Source of the DNA: a virus
Taxonomy: Duplodnaviria; Caudoviricetes
Direction: 5' to 3' (one strand)
DNA: 64,000 nt
Virus record (IMG/VR): IMGVR_UViG_2706795967_000001
Span: 2,612 to 66,611 of that record
Numbering within the stretch: the stretch's first letter is position 1; each line of letters begins with the position of its first letter. Shown one piece after another: positions 8,052-17,592 of the stretch. The translations under genes were made by a program, and so were the position numbers. The notes under the pieces were generated by a model. It saw only the letters and a program-made list of their open reading frames with translations, was not told the origin of the DNA and made no database searches.

Positions 8052-8236
8052 TGGAGGAGCTTCGCTGTGACGGGAAACTGCACGGTATCCTCAAGGGGAA
8101 GTTCCTCGAGGTCAAGTGTGGTTCTCGTCGCTGCGGAGCTAAACAGGGTGTGACAGTGTTTCACCTATTCCACACGGAGAGCGGGGCTCTTCTATCAACA
8201 ACGAAGAAACGTGAAGAAGGGAAGACCCCAGAATGA
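8051..8236 (+). CDS. Small Zn-ribbon-like protein (61 aa)
   Basis: ATG overlaps upstream TGA; ELRCDGKLH...EVKCGSRRCG resembles Mu Com-like zinc ribbons. Confidence 0.55.
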   Translation: MEELRCDGKLHGILKGKFLEVKCGSRRCGAKQGVTVFHLFHTESGALLSTTKKREEGKTPE

Positions 8237-9096
8237 CCGCTCCGATGCAGACCGCGCTTCCGTACGGTGTCCGTGACATCAAGCTCACCCCGTACATCGA
8301 CGCGCTGGGTACCGTTCTCGGCACCTCCAGTGTCGACCTGCCCTACGCACAGACCCTCAGCTTCTCCGAAGCGGAGGAGACCACCGAACTCCGTGGCGAC
8401 GACAAGCTGGTGACCATCCACGGCCAGGGCGCGCAGGTCGACCTGTCGCTCGAGTCGGGCGGCATCTCGCTCGCAGCCTGGAAGATCCTCACCGGCGGTT
8501 CGCTCGTGGAGGAGGGCGTCGCACCCAACCGCCGGATCCGCCTCCGCAAGCGCTCCAGCGACGTTCGTCCGTACTTCCGGGTCGAGGGCCAGTCGATCAG
8601 CGACGCGGGCGGCGACGTCCACGTGACGATCTTCCGGTGCCGCCTCAACGGCGACCTGGCGGGCGATTTCACCGACGGCGAGTTCTTCGTCTCGAACGCC
8701 TCCGGACAGGGTCTGCCGCTGTTGGACGACACCAACGACCTGCTCTACGACTTCGTCCAGAACGAGCAGAAGTCGGCCATTTCGCTCACGCCGACTCCGA
8801 ACCCGCTGCCCACTCCTCAGAACGTCGCAGCGGGCGAGGTCACCGCCGCGACGGTCGCTCTCAACTGGGACGACGTGGTCGGCGCGACCGAGTACAAGGT
8901 GCAGCAGTCGGTCAGCCCGTACTCGGCTTGGACCGATGTCTCAGAGGCCAACGGTGGCGAGCCCTCGGCGAGCAACACCACGGTCACCAGCCTCACGGCT
9001 TCCACCGCGTACAAGTTCCGGGTCAAGGCAGTCCTGCCCGCCGGAACCTCGGACGCCTCGGTCGACACCGGCGTCGTCACCACCGCAGCATCCTGA
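8233..9096 (+). CDS. Major tail (tube) protein with C-terminal fibronectin type III domain
   Basis: LPYGVRDIKLTP...ELRGDD N-terminus; FN3 pattern PTPQNVAAGEVTAATVALNWDDV...Y.V...SLTASTAYKFRVKAV. Confidence 0.85.
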   Translation: MTAPMQTALPYGVRDIKLTPYIDALGTVLGTSSVDLPYAQTLSFSEAEETTELRGDDKLVTIHGQGAQVDLSLESGGISLAAWKILTGGSLVEEGVAPNRRIRLRKRSSDVRPYFRVEGQSISDAGGDVHVTIFRCRLNGDLAGDFTDGEFFVSNASGQGLPLLDDTNDLLYDFVQNEQKSAISLTPTPNPLPTPQNVAAGEVTAATVALNWDDVVGATEYKVQQSVSPYSAWTDVSEANGGEPSASNTTVTSLTASTAYKFRVKAVLPAGTSDASVDTGVVTTAAS

Positions 9097-9137
9097 TCCT
9101 CAGCTAGACACGTTTCTCGGAGCCCTAGGAGGCCAAC

Positions 9138-9701
9138 ATGTCGAATCCCAACGAAGAACTCACCCTCGCAGCCGGATGGGGACAGGTCAAGCCGCACCAC
9201 GTGCTCGACCTCCCATCCGGCTCGAAGGTTCTCGTCAAAGAGCTGGAGATCCAGGATCTGCTCAAGATGGGGATCCTCGATCTCGTCGATTCCTTCTCTC
9301 AGGAGATCCTGCCGAAGAACACGCCCAAGGGCGGTTCCGCGGAGAAACAGTTCCTTCAAGACCTGGCGGAGAACTCCGGCCAGTTCGAGAAGATGGTCGA
9401 CGTGATGAATCAGATCGCGGCTTCGGCTGTCGCCAAACCTCCCGTGACCTACGTCGCCCCGCCGAAGCCCGGTACGCCCGCCGAGGATCTCGATCCGGAC
9501 AAGATCTACGCTCACCTCATCCCTCTCGAGGATCGCATCGCCATCTTCGAGAAGGCGGTGGTCGGGATGGAAGACTTGTTTCGCCCTGGCGAAGGACAAG
9601 CCGAAGGTGTGGCAGATATGGCAAATGTCCAAGGAGTTCCAGAAAACTCCGGCGGAGCTCATCGGAGTGTCGCATCCCACCCGAGCCTTCTTTCTGAATA
9701 G
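9138..9701 (+). CDS. Tail assembly chaperone (short form)
   Basis: Between tail tube and tape measure; AGGAGG SD; overlapped by a +1-frame ORF. Confidence 0.8.
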   Translation: MSNPNEELTLAAGWGQVKPHHVLDLPSGSKVLVKELEIQDLLKMGILDLVDSFSQEILPKNTPKGGSAEKQFLQDLAENSGQFEKMVDVMNQIAASAVAKPPVTYVAPPKPGTPAEDLDPDKIYAHLIPLEDRIAIFEKAVVGMEDLFRPGEGQAEGVADMANVQGVPENSGGAHRSVASHPSLLSE

Positions 9702-9936
9702 AGGGATATGGCTGTTCTGCAAGTTCGTAGAGAGCGAAGTGGAGCAGGCCGGTTCCAGGGTCAAGAACGCCTCGCAGGCGCAAGGGCTTCGACAAAGCAC
9801 TCTGATGAAGCATCTGTATCCCGACGACCCCACCAAGCGATTCAGGACAGCTCAGACACCAACTGAGAAGGCCGGGCCTTCCGCGAGCGGAGAAGAATTC
9901 TTCGCTAAGAATTTCGGACAGCGGAGAGGTTTGTGA
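9580..9936 (+). CDS. Tail assembly chaperone frameshift extension (+1/-2 frame)
   Basis: Frame is open through the overlap (FALAKDKPKVWQIWQMSKEF...) to 9936, just before the tape measure ATG; candidate shift site TTG TTT CGC at 9576-9584. Confidence 0.6.
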   Translation, partial: FALAKDKPKVWQIWQMSKEFQKTPAELIGVSHPTRAFFLNRGIWLFCKFVESEVEQAGSRVKNASQAQGLRQSTLMKHLYPDDPTKRFRTAQTPTEKAGPSASGEEFFAKNFGQRRGL

Positions 9937-9937
9937 C

Positions 9938-12900
9938 ATGTCGGATTACGATCTCGGTAGGGCGCATGGCGAAATCGAGATCACTTCTGACGTAGACTCT
10001 GACGGAATTGCTCGAAAGCTCAATCGAGTTCGTGATTCGGTTGGTCGACTCGCTCGTCAGTTCAGGGACGCTGAAGACAAGATGCAGCGTTTCGAGCGAG
10101 TCGCCAATCGTATCCAGCGCAGCACTCAGCGCCTCGCGAGCACTGGTGCGAGAATGGTTCGCACCTTCGCCCAGATGGGTTCTCAGGTCGTTACGACCAC
10201 CCGCCAGATCACTGGTCTGGACAATGCCCTTGTAGACCTGCGGAACACCGCACAGTCTGTCGCCAAGGGTATCATGTCCGCCACAATGGCGATGTCGGAG
10301 TTTGCCAGTGTCTCCGGGATCGCGGGAGCGGCCCTTCATAAATTCGCCGGCATCGGGAAAGAGCTGGCGAATTTCCCTAAGTGGGCTCAGGACGTTGTCA
10401 AGCTCGCCGGTACGATCGGGACGATCGGCGCAGTCAGCAGCAAGACCGGAGCGATTGCTCGCAGTCGCCTCGTCCCCGTAGTTCGTAGCGCCGTCGGAGC
10501 GATGGGCGCGATGTCCATCGCGGGAGTTCTGCTTCGCGATAGAGTTCAGGGCGTCGCATTCGGCCTTGGAATGGCCTTCCCTCAGATCGACACCTTCGCG
10601 CAGAAGCTGAAGGGCGCTGGCCGCGATATGCGCGGCTTCGGGGACAACGCCAACAAGATTCTCCAGGGCACCTCCAAGATGATCCTTGGAGTAGCTGCCG
10701 TCCGGAGCGGCCTGAAGGGTCTGGCAGGGACCCTCTCCAAGGTCGCTCCGCTCATGAAATACTTCGCCGCTGGCACTCTAGCGCTTGGAGCGCTCGGACC
10801 TATCGCCACGGTCATCCTTGGTCTAGTTGACGCGATCAAGCAGCTTTCGGGCGCTGCTCTGATCTTGCCTGGCGCGCTAGCAGTGCTGGCCACGGCGGGC
10901 GGGGTGGCCGCTGTTGCCATCAGCGGGCTGGGACAGGCGTTCAAGGCAGGATTCGGCGAGGCCGATGACTTTGAGAAGGAGATCAAGGACCTCTCGCCTC
11001 GACTCGTAGAGTTTGCTCGTAGCATCCAGCCTCTCCGCAAGGAGTTCCTCGATCTCCGTAACTCGGTCACTGAGGCTGCCTTCGACGGGCTGATCGACAA
11101 CTTCAAAGACATCGCAGAATCTTGGCTGCCTCTCCTCGAGAGCGGCATGGTCCACGTGGCTGGCGGAATTGACAACATCACCAACTCGGTGTTGCGATTC
11201 GCTTCTGCCCGAACAACCATGGAGTCTTTCGCATTCCTGTTCTCGGGAACCCGAACTGTACTCGATAACGTTGCGGCTGGAATAGAGCCAGTCCTTCGAG
11301 CGCTCAGGACCATCGGCGTAATCGGCACGATCGCTGTCATCGAGCTCACTCAGAACTTCGGCGCTCTAGCCTTCATGTTCGAGAACTGGACCACGAAGGT
11401 TGCCGCAGACGGCAGTCTCGAGGGGTGGATCGACGAAGGCGTTCAGGGCTTCCGCGACCTGTGGCATATCATTCGAGATACCTCGATGGCCATGAGCGAG
11501 CTGTTCCAGGCTTTTGGTGGCAATGGCAATGACGCACTCGAAAATACCGCAGATGGCGCCAAGGCTCTCCGAGAGGCGATGGAAGGTCTCGGGAACAACG
11601 ACACCTTCCAGAAGGTTGTCACCCATCTCGAGTACGCGTCGGGCAAGATCGTAGAGACCTTCTTGGAAATCGGCCGGGTCGCCGGTTCTGCTTTCGTGAA
11701 CATTATTCCAGAGATGGAGGCTCTGGCAGCGGGGTTCGCTTCCAAGTTCATCCCGATCATGAAGATCGCGATCCAGACCCTTGAGGTCTTCATCAACGTG
11801 ATTGGCGCGTTGGGTCTGGACACAGTGATCGGCCAGGCTCTCGGTATGGCCGCTGCTCTGCGGCTCATGCTGCCGGTGGTCATGGTTCTGGTGAACGCAT
11901 TCAAGCTACTAGCTGCATCCATGATTTTCACCGGGGCGCAGAGCGCGCTCCTGGGTATCGCTACTGCTCTGGACACCTTCTCTCGCAAGGCAAAGGTCGC
12001 AGAGACTTCTGTTGGGAAGTGGACCAGCCGAGCCAGCAACGCATTCCTTGGACTCGCCGGCCTGATGACCGGCCCGGTTCTGGCAGCGATCGCTACCGTG
12101 GTCGCAGCGTTCATGTCGATCCGGGCCAAGAACACGTTCGTAGACGAATGGAACTCGCAGCTTCGCAAGGACGCTGTCGAGGCCAAGGAAGCTGCCGAAG
12201 GCATCCGAGATGCATTCTTCGAGAACAACGGCAAGTTCGGCAAGAACGTATTCGACGCCGTCTCGGCCTCCATCGATACGATGGAGGCAAAGATCGAAGG
12301 TCAGGCCAACAAGGGTCCGGGCTTCATGGAGTGGATGGGCGCTGCCTTCGAGGACGTGCCCACAGCGTTCGGCGACGATTACAACAAGAACACCAAAGAG
12401 CTCCAGGCGATGGATCACCTCCAGGATCGCGCACTGCGCGTTCGGGAGGCAATTGACGAGATCGGCTGGAGCCAAGAAGAGCTTACCGGCGCGATCACGG
12501 GCAGCGTCCACGAATACAACGAGCTAGTCACCGCCCTTCAGGGAACTGAGTACGGCGGCGGTGAGGCGATCGAGGAATTCGCCGCGCAGCGAGCTGAATT
12601 CGAAGCCATCGCTCAGTCGATGCAAGAGCTCGGCCCCGACACAATTCAGCTGGCGAACGCAATGGGCGTCCTGGCGGATGAGTCGTCTACAGCCGCTGAC
12701 AAGCTCAGCGCGATCACCTCCGCTCTGGAAGCGATGGGTCTTCTGCAGGTCAGCGAAGCAGAAGCGTTTTCCCGACTACGTGATTCCATCAAGGAAGTCA
12801 CGAACGAGGCGACACAGCTTGCTGAGATCGACACCGGTCAGCTGTTCAACAAAGACGGCTCGATCGACCTTGCGAGCCAGGCATACGGAACGTTCTGGGA

Positions 12901-15900
12901 GACAGTTCGCCCAATCTCGGACAACCTGCGTTCTATCGCAGCAGCGGGTGGAGACGTTGGCGCGAATCTGTCTCGGGCGTGGGACGAAGCTGCACCGGCT
13001 CTTGCCGAGGTTCAGCGACAGCTCGGGCTCACCGACGCTGAGATGCAGACGCTGTATCGCAGCACCGGCCTCGTTCCCAAAGAGCTCGAGATGCTTGTCA
13101 GCGTCGAGGGTATGGACGCCTCGTACAGCGAGCTTCTGCGACTCAGCTCTGAGGCCAGCAAGATCAACGGCACTCCTGTCGAGGTTCAGACCACGATTCA
13201 GGATAGCGACACGATCGCGATGCTCAACAGCATCGGTGCCGAGGTCGAGGTTCTCAACGCCAAGACCGGACAGGTCAAGGTCCACTTCAAGGACGAAGGC
13301 GTCTGGGACGACTATCTGAAGCTCATCGCACGCATCGAATACGATAGCGGTGCGAAGGTCGGGATCGAGCTTAACCCCGAAGACGCTAAGGCGGTCGAGG
13401 ATCATATCAACTGGCTCCGCAAGGAGGGGCGAGTTGCGAACACAGAAACTCCTGGCGCAGTAGAGCAGGGCACTCCGGCACCCGGTCAGCAACCCCCGCC
13501 TCGTCAGGCACCGCCGCCTCCCCCGGCACCCTCTGCTCGACAGGATAGGGTTCCGGCGAACGCGGGTGCGGGTGGCGCTAGCGGACAGCCTTCTGTCGGC
13601 ATGTCGGACGAAGAGCTCAAGAAGCTCGAGGAGCAGCGCAAGAACCTTCCTCCAGCCGGAAACACCCGGCGTGACATGCCCGGAGGGCAGAAACCGAATC
13701 AACCCGCTCCCCCACAGCAGGCTCCGGCACCCGCACCACCGGCAACGCCCGAACAGCTTCCCGAGAAGAAGCAGATCGATGTCATCATCGGCGGTGGCGA
13801 CCATCTCGGAATCCTCGGCAGGATCAAGGCCGCTGTAGACGGTCTACCTGCTCGCAAGGACGTGCAGGTCATAATCGCAGGTGGAGATCATCTGGGGATC
13901 CTTCAAAGAATCACCGCAGCAGTTCAGGGTCTACCCGCTCGCAAGGATATCCAGGTCATCATCGCAGGCGGTGATCATCTCGGAATCCTTCAGCGGATTG
14001 TCGCCGCAGTTCAGGCTCTGCCCGCGAGCAAGGATATTCATGTCAACCTGACTGGCATCCCGGAGATCCACGCCTCGCTGGACGGTGTCCGCATGGCGAT
14101 CGACGGTGTCGCTCAAGCAGCCGAAGGCTTCGCAGCAAAGATGATCGACGTTGCCAATCGCAGCGTCGGGGCGATCAATCGCGTCAAGGACGTGATCAAC
14201 GGTGTCAAGACCACCATGGACACCGTGGCCCGCAGCGCATTCGCCAGCGGTCAATCTCTCGGCCAGGGGTTTGCAGACGGAATCAAGTCGAAGCAGGCGG
14301 CAGTTCGCGAAGCCTCGATGGCCCTGGCCCGGTCGGCTAGCGAACCTCTGCCGCGTTCGCCCGCAAAGATCGGTCCGTTCTCGGGACGCGGCTGGACACC
14401 CTTCCGTGGTCGAAGCCTGGCGGAAGGGTTCGCCAAGGGTATTCACGACGGCTCAGACGAGACGCAGAGGGCCAGCCTCGACATGGTCGCGAACATCGCC
14501 AAGGCGATGGACGGGATTCGGATGGCGTTCGGGCTCACTCCGACCTTCTTCGAAGAGAATCGTACGCCTGGTCCGGGTGGGAAGCGGTACTACCGTGATC
14601 CGGAGGTCACGGACGAAGAGCTTCGCGAGGCTCGTGAGAAGGCCGCAGAGAAGCAGGCCGAGAAGGACGAGATCGCAGCTGAGAAGGCCGCGACCAAGAT
14701 CCCGGACGCCGAGAAGCGTATTGCCGAGGCCCAAGAAAATGTCGTAGAGGCGCAGCAGCGGGCAACAGAAGCACGCACCAAGGCTAACGAGAAGCCCGGA
14801 GATCAGAAAGCTCAGGACGCAGCATTCCGAGCCGAAGAATCTCTCGACAAGGCCAGAGAGCGCCAGACCAAGGCCGAACAGACACTTCAAGACCTCCAGT
14901 CGCAGGCAGCGAACGCGGGTACTGGAGGAGGCGGTGCAGCTGTCGAAGGCAGCAGCGACTCTCTCGTCAAGAGCCTAGACAACGCTCAGTATCAGATGGG
15001 CGGATTCAGCCAGGCAGTTCTGGACTGCACCGGATTCGTTTCGGCTCTGGCCAACGCGCGCACCGGACGCCCGATGTTCAGCGAGCGCGGCAACACCACG
15101 AACCTTCGAGAGTTCCTGCTTGCTCGAGGATTCAAGGAAGGCAAGGGCGGTCAGGGAGATCTTTCTGTCGGTTGGTGGGACAACGGCGGTGGTCAGAATG
15201 GCCACGCAGCCATCACCACCGAAAGCGGCCTGAACGCCGAGTCGACCACCGGAGGTGTTCGATTCGGCGAGGGTGCAGCGGGTGCTCGAAGCAACAACTC
15301 GCAGTTCACCGACTTCATGTACCTTCCGGGTCGTGGAGGCGGCGTCGCCGCAGTGCCGATCAACAACAAGCCTGCGATCGATCCCACCAGCGACCAGCTC
15401 ACTCAGGATCAGGTTGCTCAGCTCATCATCGCCGAAGGCGAAGCGATGGGCGCAACCGAGGATGAGATCAAAGCGGCAATCGCTACCGGTCTCGTAGAGA
15501 ACGGCCTGTCGAACAAGCGGGGTGGTCCGGACAGCTCGACCGGTTCGTTCCAGCAGCAGAACTTTGACGAGTGGACGAAGGGCGGTACTCGTAACCGCGA
15601 CAACGTGAGCGATGCGTCTCGTAGCTTCTACGAGCAGCTCCTACAGACTCGTGGAGAGGGAACTCCCGGCCAGCGCGCTCAGCAAGTCCAGCGTTCGGCT
15701 TTCCCAGAGAAGTACGATCAGCGCATGGCCGAAGCCTCCATGTTCTACACCAGGAACAAGGGTGCGGCTGAGAGTTTTGGCTCGGCGAGCGGCATGGCTG
15801 CCACGGCTGGGAACACTGAGGACACCGTAACTCTTCTCCGCCAGAACAACCGGAAGCTTGACCAGGCGATCACTACGGCTCAGGACCCGAACGCCAACGA

Positions 15901-16708
15901 AGGCGACGTGATCCGGGCGCTTCAGGATATCGACGACGCGATGGTCGGTATGTCGGCTACCGAGCGTCAGTCCATGGACAGCATCCGCGAAGCGGTCATG
16001 AGCGATCGTGGCCTGAAGGAATACGATCCCTTCGAGAAAGCTCCGGAGACTCCGAAGGAGTGGTTTGACACTCTGTTCACCGGGGTCATCGCGAACGTTG
16101 TCGGTCTCGTTAAGACGATCGAAGGTGGCATCAACGCAGCCGTGGACATGGCGCACCTCATCACTAGAGGGTTCGCCAACACCAACGACGTTCACAGCTT
16201 CGTTGACGGGATCCAGGGTCTGGTCGGCACGGCGGTGGAGATCGCCAGTACGATCGGCAGCGTGATCCAGAGCGTGGCCAGCATCGCGGCAGTGGCAGGC
16301 GCAGCTATTCCGGGGATTGGCCAAATCGGTACGGTGATCTCGGCTGTATCCGGCGGTATCGCAGACGTGAACGCCGTGGTAGACTTGATCCAAGATGTGA
16401 CCAAGATCGGTGGACGCCTGTTCGGTGGAGCGCTCTCCAGCATTCTCGGTCTTGGCGGAACAGGCCAGCTCGAAGGACAGATTCGAACGCTGATGGACCT
16501 GAACGACAAGACAATCAAGACGTGGAGCGATCGCAACGCGGCAGACAAGTCGGTGATGGGATTCCCTGGCACTCAGGCTCGGGATCCGAACCAGGCGAGC
16601 AACTTCCGTGACCTGAACATCTATCAGGGTCCGGGACAAGACCCGGCGGAGATGATGAACAACGCTATGTTCGCGGTGGCAGCGCACAGTCAGGGAGTGT
16701 ACAGCTGA
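9938..16708 (+). CDS. Tape measure protein (2256 aa) with C-terminal peptidoglycan-hydrolase domains
   Basis: Longest ORF; follows the chaperones; Ala/Gly/Leu-rich helical body; DCTGFVS...GHAA (NlpC/CHAP-like) and IATGLVENGL...GSFQQ...AQQVQRS (lysozyme-like) motifs. Confidence 0.95.
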   Translation: MSDYDLGRAHGEIEITSDVDSDGIARKLNRVRDSVGRLARQFRDAEDKMQRFERVANRIQRSTQRLASTGARMVRTFAQMGSQVVTTTRQITGLDNALVDLRNTAQSVAKGIMSATMAMSEFASVSGIAGAALHKFAGIGKELANFPKWAQDVVKLAGTIGTIGAVSSKTGAIARSRLVPVVRSAVGAMGAMSIAGVLLRDRVQGVAFGLGMAFPQIDTFAQKLKGAGRDMRGFGDNANKILQGTSKMILGVAAVRSGLKGLAGTLSKVAPLMKYFAAGTLALGALGPIATVILGLVDAIKQLSGAALILPGALAVLATAGGVAAVAISGLGQAFKAGFGEADDFEKEIKDLSPRLVEFARSIQPLRKEFLDLRNSVTEAAFDGLIDNFKDIAESWLPLLESGMVHVAGGIDNITNSVLRFASARTTMESFAFLFSGTRTVLDNVAAGIEPVLRALRTIGVIGTIAVIELTQNFGALAFMFENWTTKVAADGSLEGWIDEGVQGFRDLWHIIRDTSMAMSELFQAFGGNGNDALENTADGAKALREAMEGLGNNDTFQKVVTHLEYASGKIVETFLEIGRVAGSAFVNIIPEMEALAAGFASKFIPIMKIAIQTLEVFINVIGALGLDTVIGQALGMAAALRLMLPVVMVLVNAFKLLAASMIFTGAQSALLGIATALDTFSRKAKVAETSVGKWTSRASNAFLGLAGLMTGPVLAAIATVVAAFMSIRAKNTFVDEWNSQLRKDAVEAKEAAEGIRDAFFENNGKFGKNVFDAVSASIDTMEAKIEGQANKGPGFMEWMGAAFEDVPTAFGDDYNKNTKELQAMDHLQDRALRVREAIDEIGWSQEELTGAITGSVHEYNELVTALQGTEYGGGEAIEEFAAQRAEFEAIAQSMQELGPDTIQLANAMGVLADESSTAADKLSAITSALEAMGLLQVSEAEAFSRLRDSIKEVTNEATQLAEIDTGQLFNKDGSIDLASQAYGTFWETVRPISDNLRSIAAAGGDVGANLSRAWDEAAPALAEVQRQLGLTDAEMQTLYRSTGLVPKELEMLVSVEGMDASYSELLRLSSEASKINGTPVEVQTTIQDSDTIAMLNSIGAEVEVLNAKTGQVKVHFKDEGVWDDYLKLIARIEYDSGAKVGIELNPEDAKAVEDHINWLRKEGRVANTETPGAVEQGTPAPGQQPPPRQAPPPPPAPSARQDRVPANAGAGGASGQPSVGMSDEELKKLEEQRKNLPPAGNTRRDMPGGQKPNQPAPPQQAPAPAPPATPEQLPEKKQIDVIIGGGDHLGILGRIKAAVDGLPARKDVQVIIAGGDHLGILQRITAAVQGLPARKDIQVIIAGGDHLGILQRIVAAVQALPASKDIHVNLTGIPEIHASLDGVRMAIDGVAQAAEGFAAKMIDVANRSVGAINRVKDVINGVKTTMDTVARSAFASGQSLGQGFADGIKSKQAAVREASMALARSASEPLPRSPAKIGPFSGRGWTPFRGRSLAEGFAKGIHDGSDETQRASLDMVANIAKAMDGIRMAFGLTPTFFEENRTPGPGGKRYYRDPEVTDEELREAREKAAEKQAEKDEIAAEKAATKIPDAEKRIAEAQENVVEAQQRATEARTKANEKPGDQKAQDAAFRAEESLDKARERQTKAEQTLQDLQSQAANAGTGGGGAAVEGSSDSLVKSLDNAQYQMGGFSQAVLDCTGFVSALANARTGRPMFSERGNTTNLREFLLARGFKEGKGGQGDLSVGWWDNGGGQNGHAAITTESGLNAESTTGGVRFGEGAAGARSNNSQFTDFMYLPGRGGGVAAVPINNKPAIDPTSDQLTQDQVAQLIIAEGEAMGATEDEIKAAIATGLVENGLSNKRGGPDSSTGSFQQQNFDEWTKGGTRNRDNVSDASRSFYEQLLQTRGEGTPGQRAQQVQRSAFPEKYDQRMAEASMFYTRNKGAAESFGSASGMAATAGNTEDTVTLLRQNNRKLDQAITTAQDPNANEGDVIRALQDIDDAMVGMSATERQSMDSIREAVMSDRGLKEYDPFEKAPETPKEWFDTLFTGVIANVVGLVKTIEGGINAAVDMAHLITRGFANTNDVHSFVDGIQGLVGTAVEIASTIGSVIQSVASIAAVAGAAIPGIGQIGTVISAVSGGIADVNAVVDLIQDVTKIGGRLFGGALSSILGLGGTGQLEGQIRTLMDLNDKTIKTWSDRNAADKSVMGFPGTQARDPNQASNFRDLNIYQGPGQDPAEMMNNAMFAVAAHSQGVYS
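13768..14040 (+). repeat. Three ~87-bp (29-aa) tandem repeats in the tape measure gene
   Basis: KD(V/I)QVIIAGGDHLGILQRIxAAVQxLPAxK x3, diverged at synonymous sites. Confidence 0.85.
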
Positions 16709-17577
16709 TGGACTTGATCGAAGGCCAGTGGCAGATTGGCAGTGTGAAGTTCGGCAAGGGAACGAAGATCCCGATCATGAGCGTCGAGCCTATTGGCTAC
16801 GAGGTATCAGCCGGCGATCGTCCGTTGCCCATGTCGGACCAGATCAGATTCACCAAGGATTACATTCAGCCAGGAGTCATGCAATTCCAGATGGCCGTAC
16901 TGGACAACCATATCCTAGAAGATATGCTTGACGCTCCGGTAGATCTCGAGGCTCTTGGGATCGTTCCTGGCCACAAGTTGTTGGAAGAGCTGAAGAACGA
17001 GTGGTTCGGTGACGAAGCTCGTCTCCAGTGGGGCAAGGTTAAGCCTCTGACGTACCGTGCGGCGGGCTATAACCGTATGGTGTACGGTCGGCCGCGTAAC
17101 TTTGCCTCCGCCCCGTTGAAACACCGGCCAGGGTGGTATGGCATCACGGCCAGCTACCAACTAGCCGACGCTTCTTCTTACGAAGAACAGTTCGAACAGA
17201 TCACTATCAATCCGACAGCGAACGGAGTGAACGGCGGCAGTCTGACTCGGGACCAGGAAGCGCTCTCTCCGACGTGGCTGAAGGCTGCGATCATTGGTCC
17301 GATAATCAATCCAACGGTGAAGCTCGGTCCGTTCACAGTACCGATCAACTACGTGATTCCAGCTGGACAAGCGGTAGAATTGAATTCGTTCCCCTGGGAG
17401 CGTAGGGCTGTCACAAGCACCAATCTCAATATCGGCTCGAAATTGCCCAGCGATACGTATCTCGAAGACCTTCGCATTCCCGCGAAGGCTACCTGGCCCG
17501 TTGCTCTGCACGGTGGTTCGACCACATCGGCAACGAAGCTTCTGGTACAATGGCAAGAGGCGTATCGCGCTATTTGA
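16708..17577 (+). CDS. Minor tail protein (distal-tail position)
   Basis: First gene after the tape measure, coupled TGATG; 289 aa. Confidence 0.75.
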   Translation: MDLIEGQWQIGSVKFGKGTKIPIMSVEPIGYEVSAGDRPLPMSDQIRFTKDYIQPGVMQFQMAVLDNHILEDMLDAPVDLEALGIVPGHKLLEELKNEWFGDEARLQWGKVKPLTYRAAGYNRMVYGRPRNFASAPLKHRPGWYGITASYQLADASSYEEQFEQITINPTANGVNGGSLTRDQEALSPTWLKAAIIGPIINPTVKLGPFTVPINYVIPAGQAVELNSFPWERRAVTSTNLNIGSKLPSDTYLEDLRIPAKATWPVALHGGSTTSATKLLVQWQEAYRAI

Positions 17578-17592
17578 GTCCTAGGAGACCGC

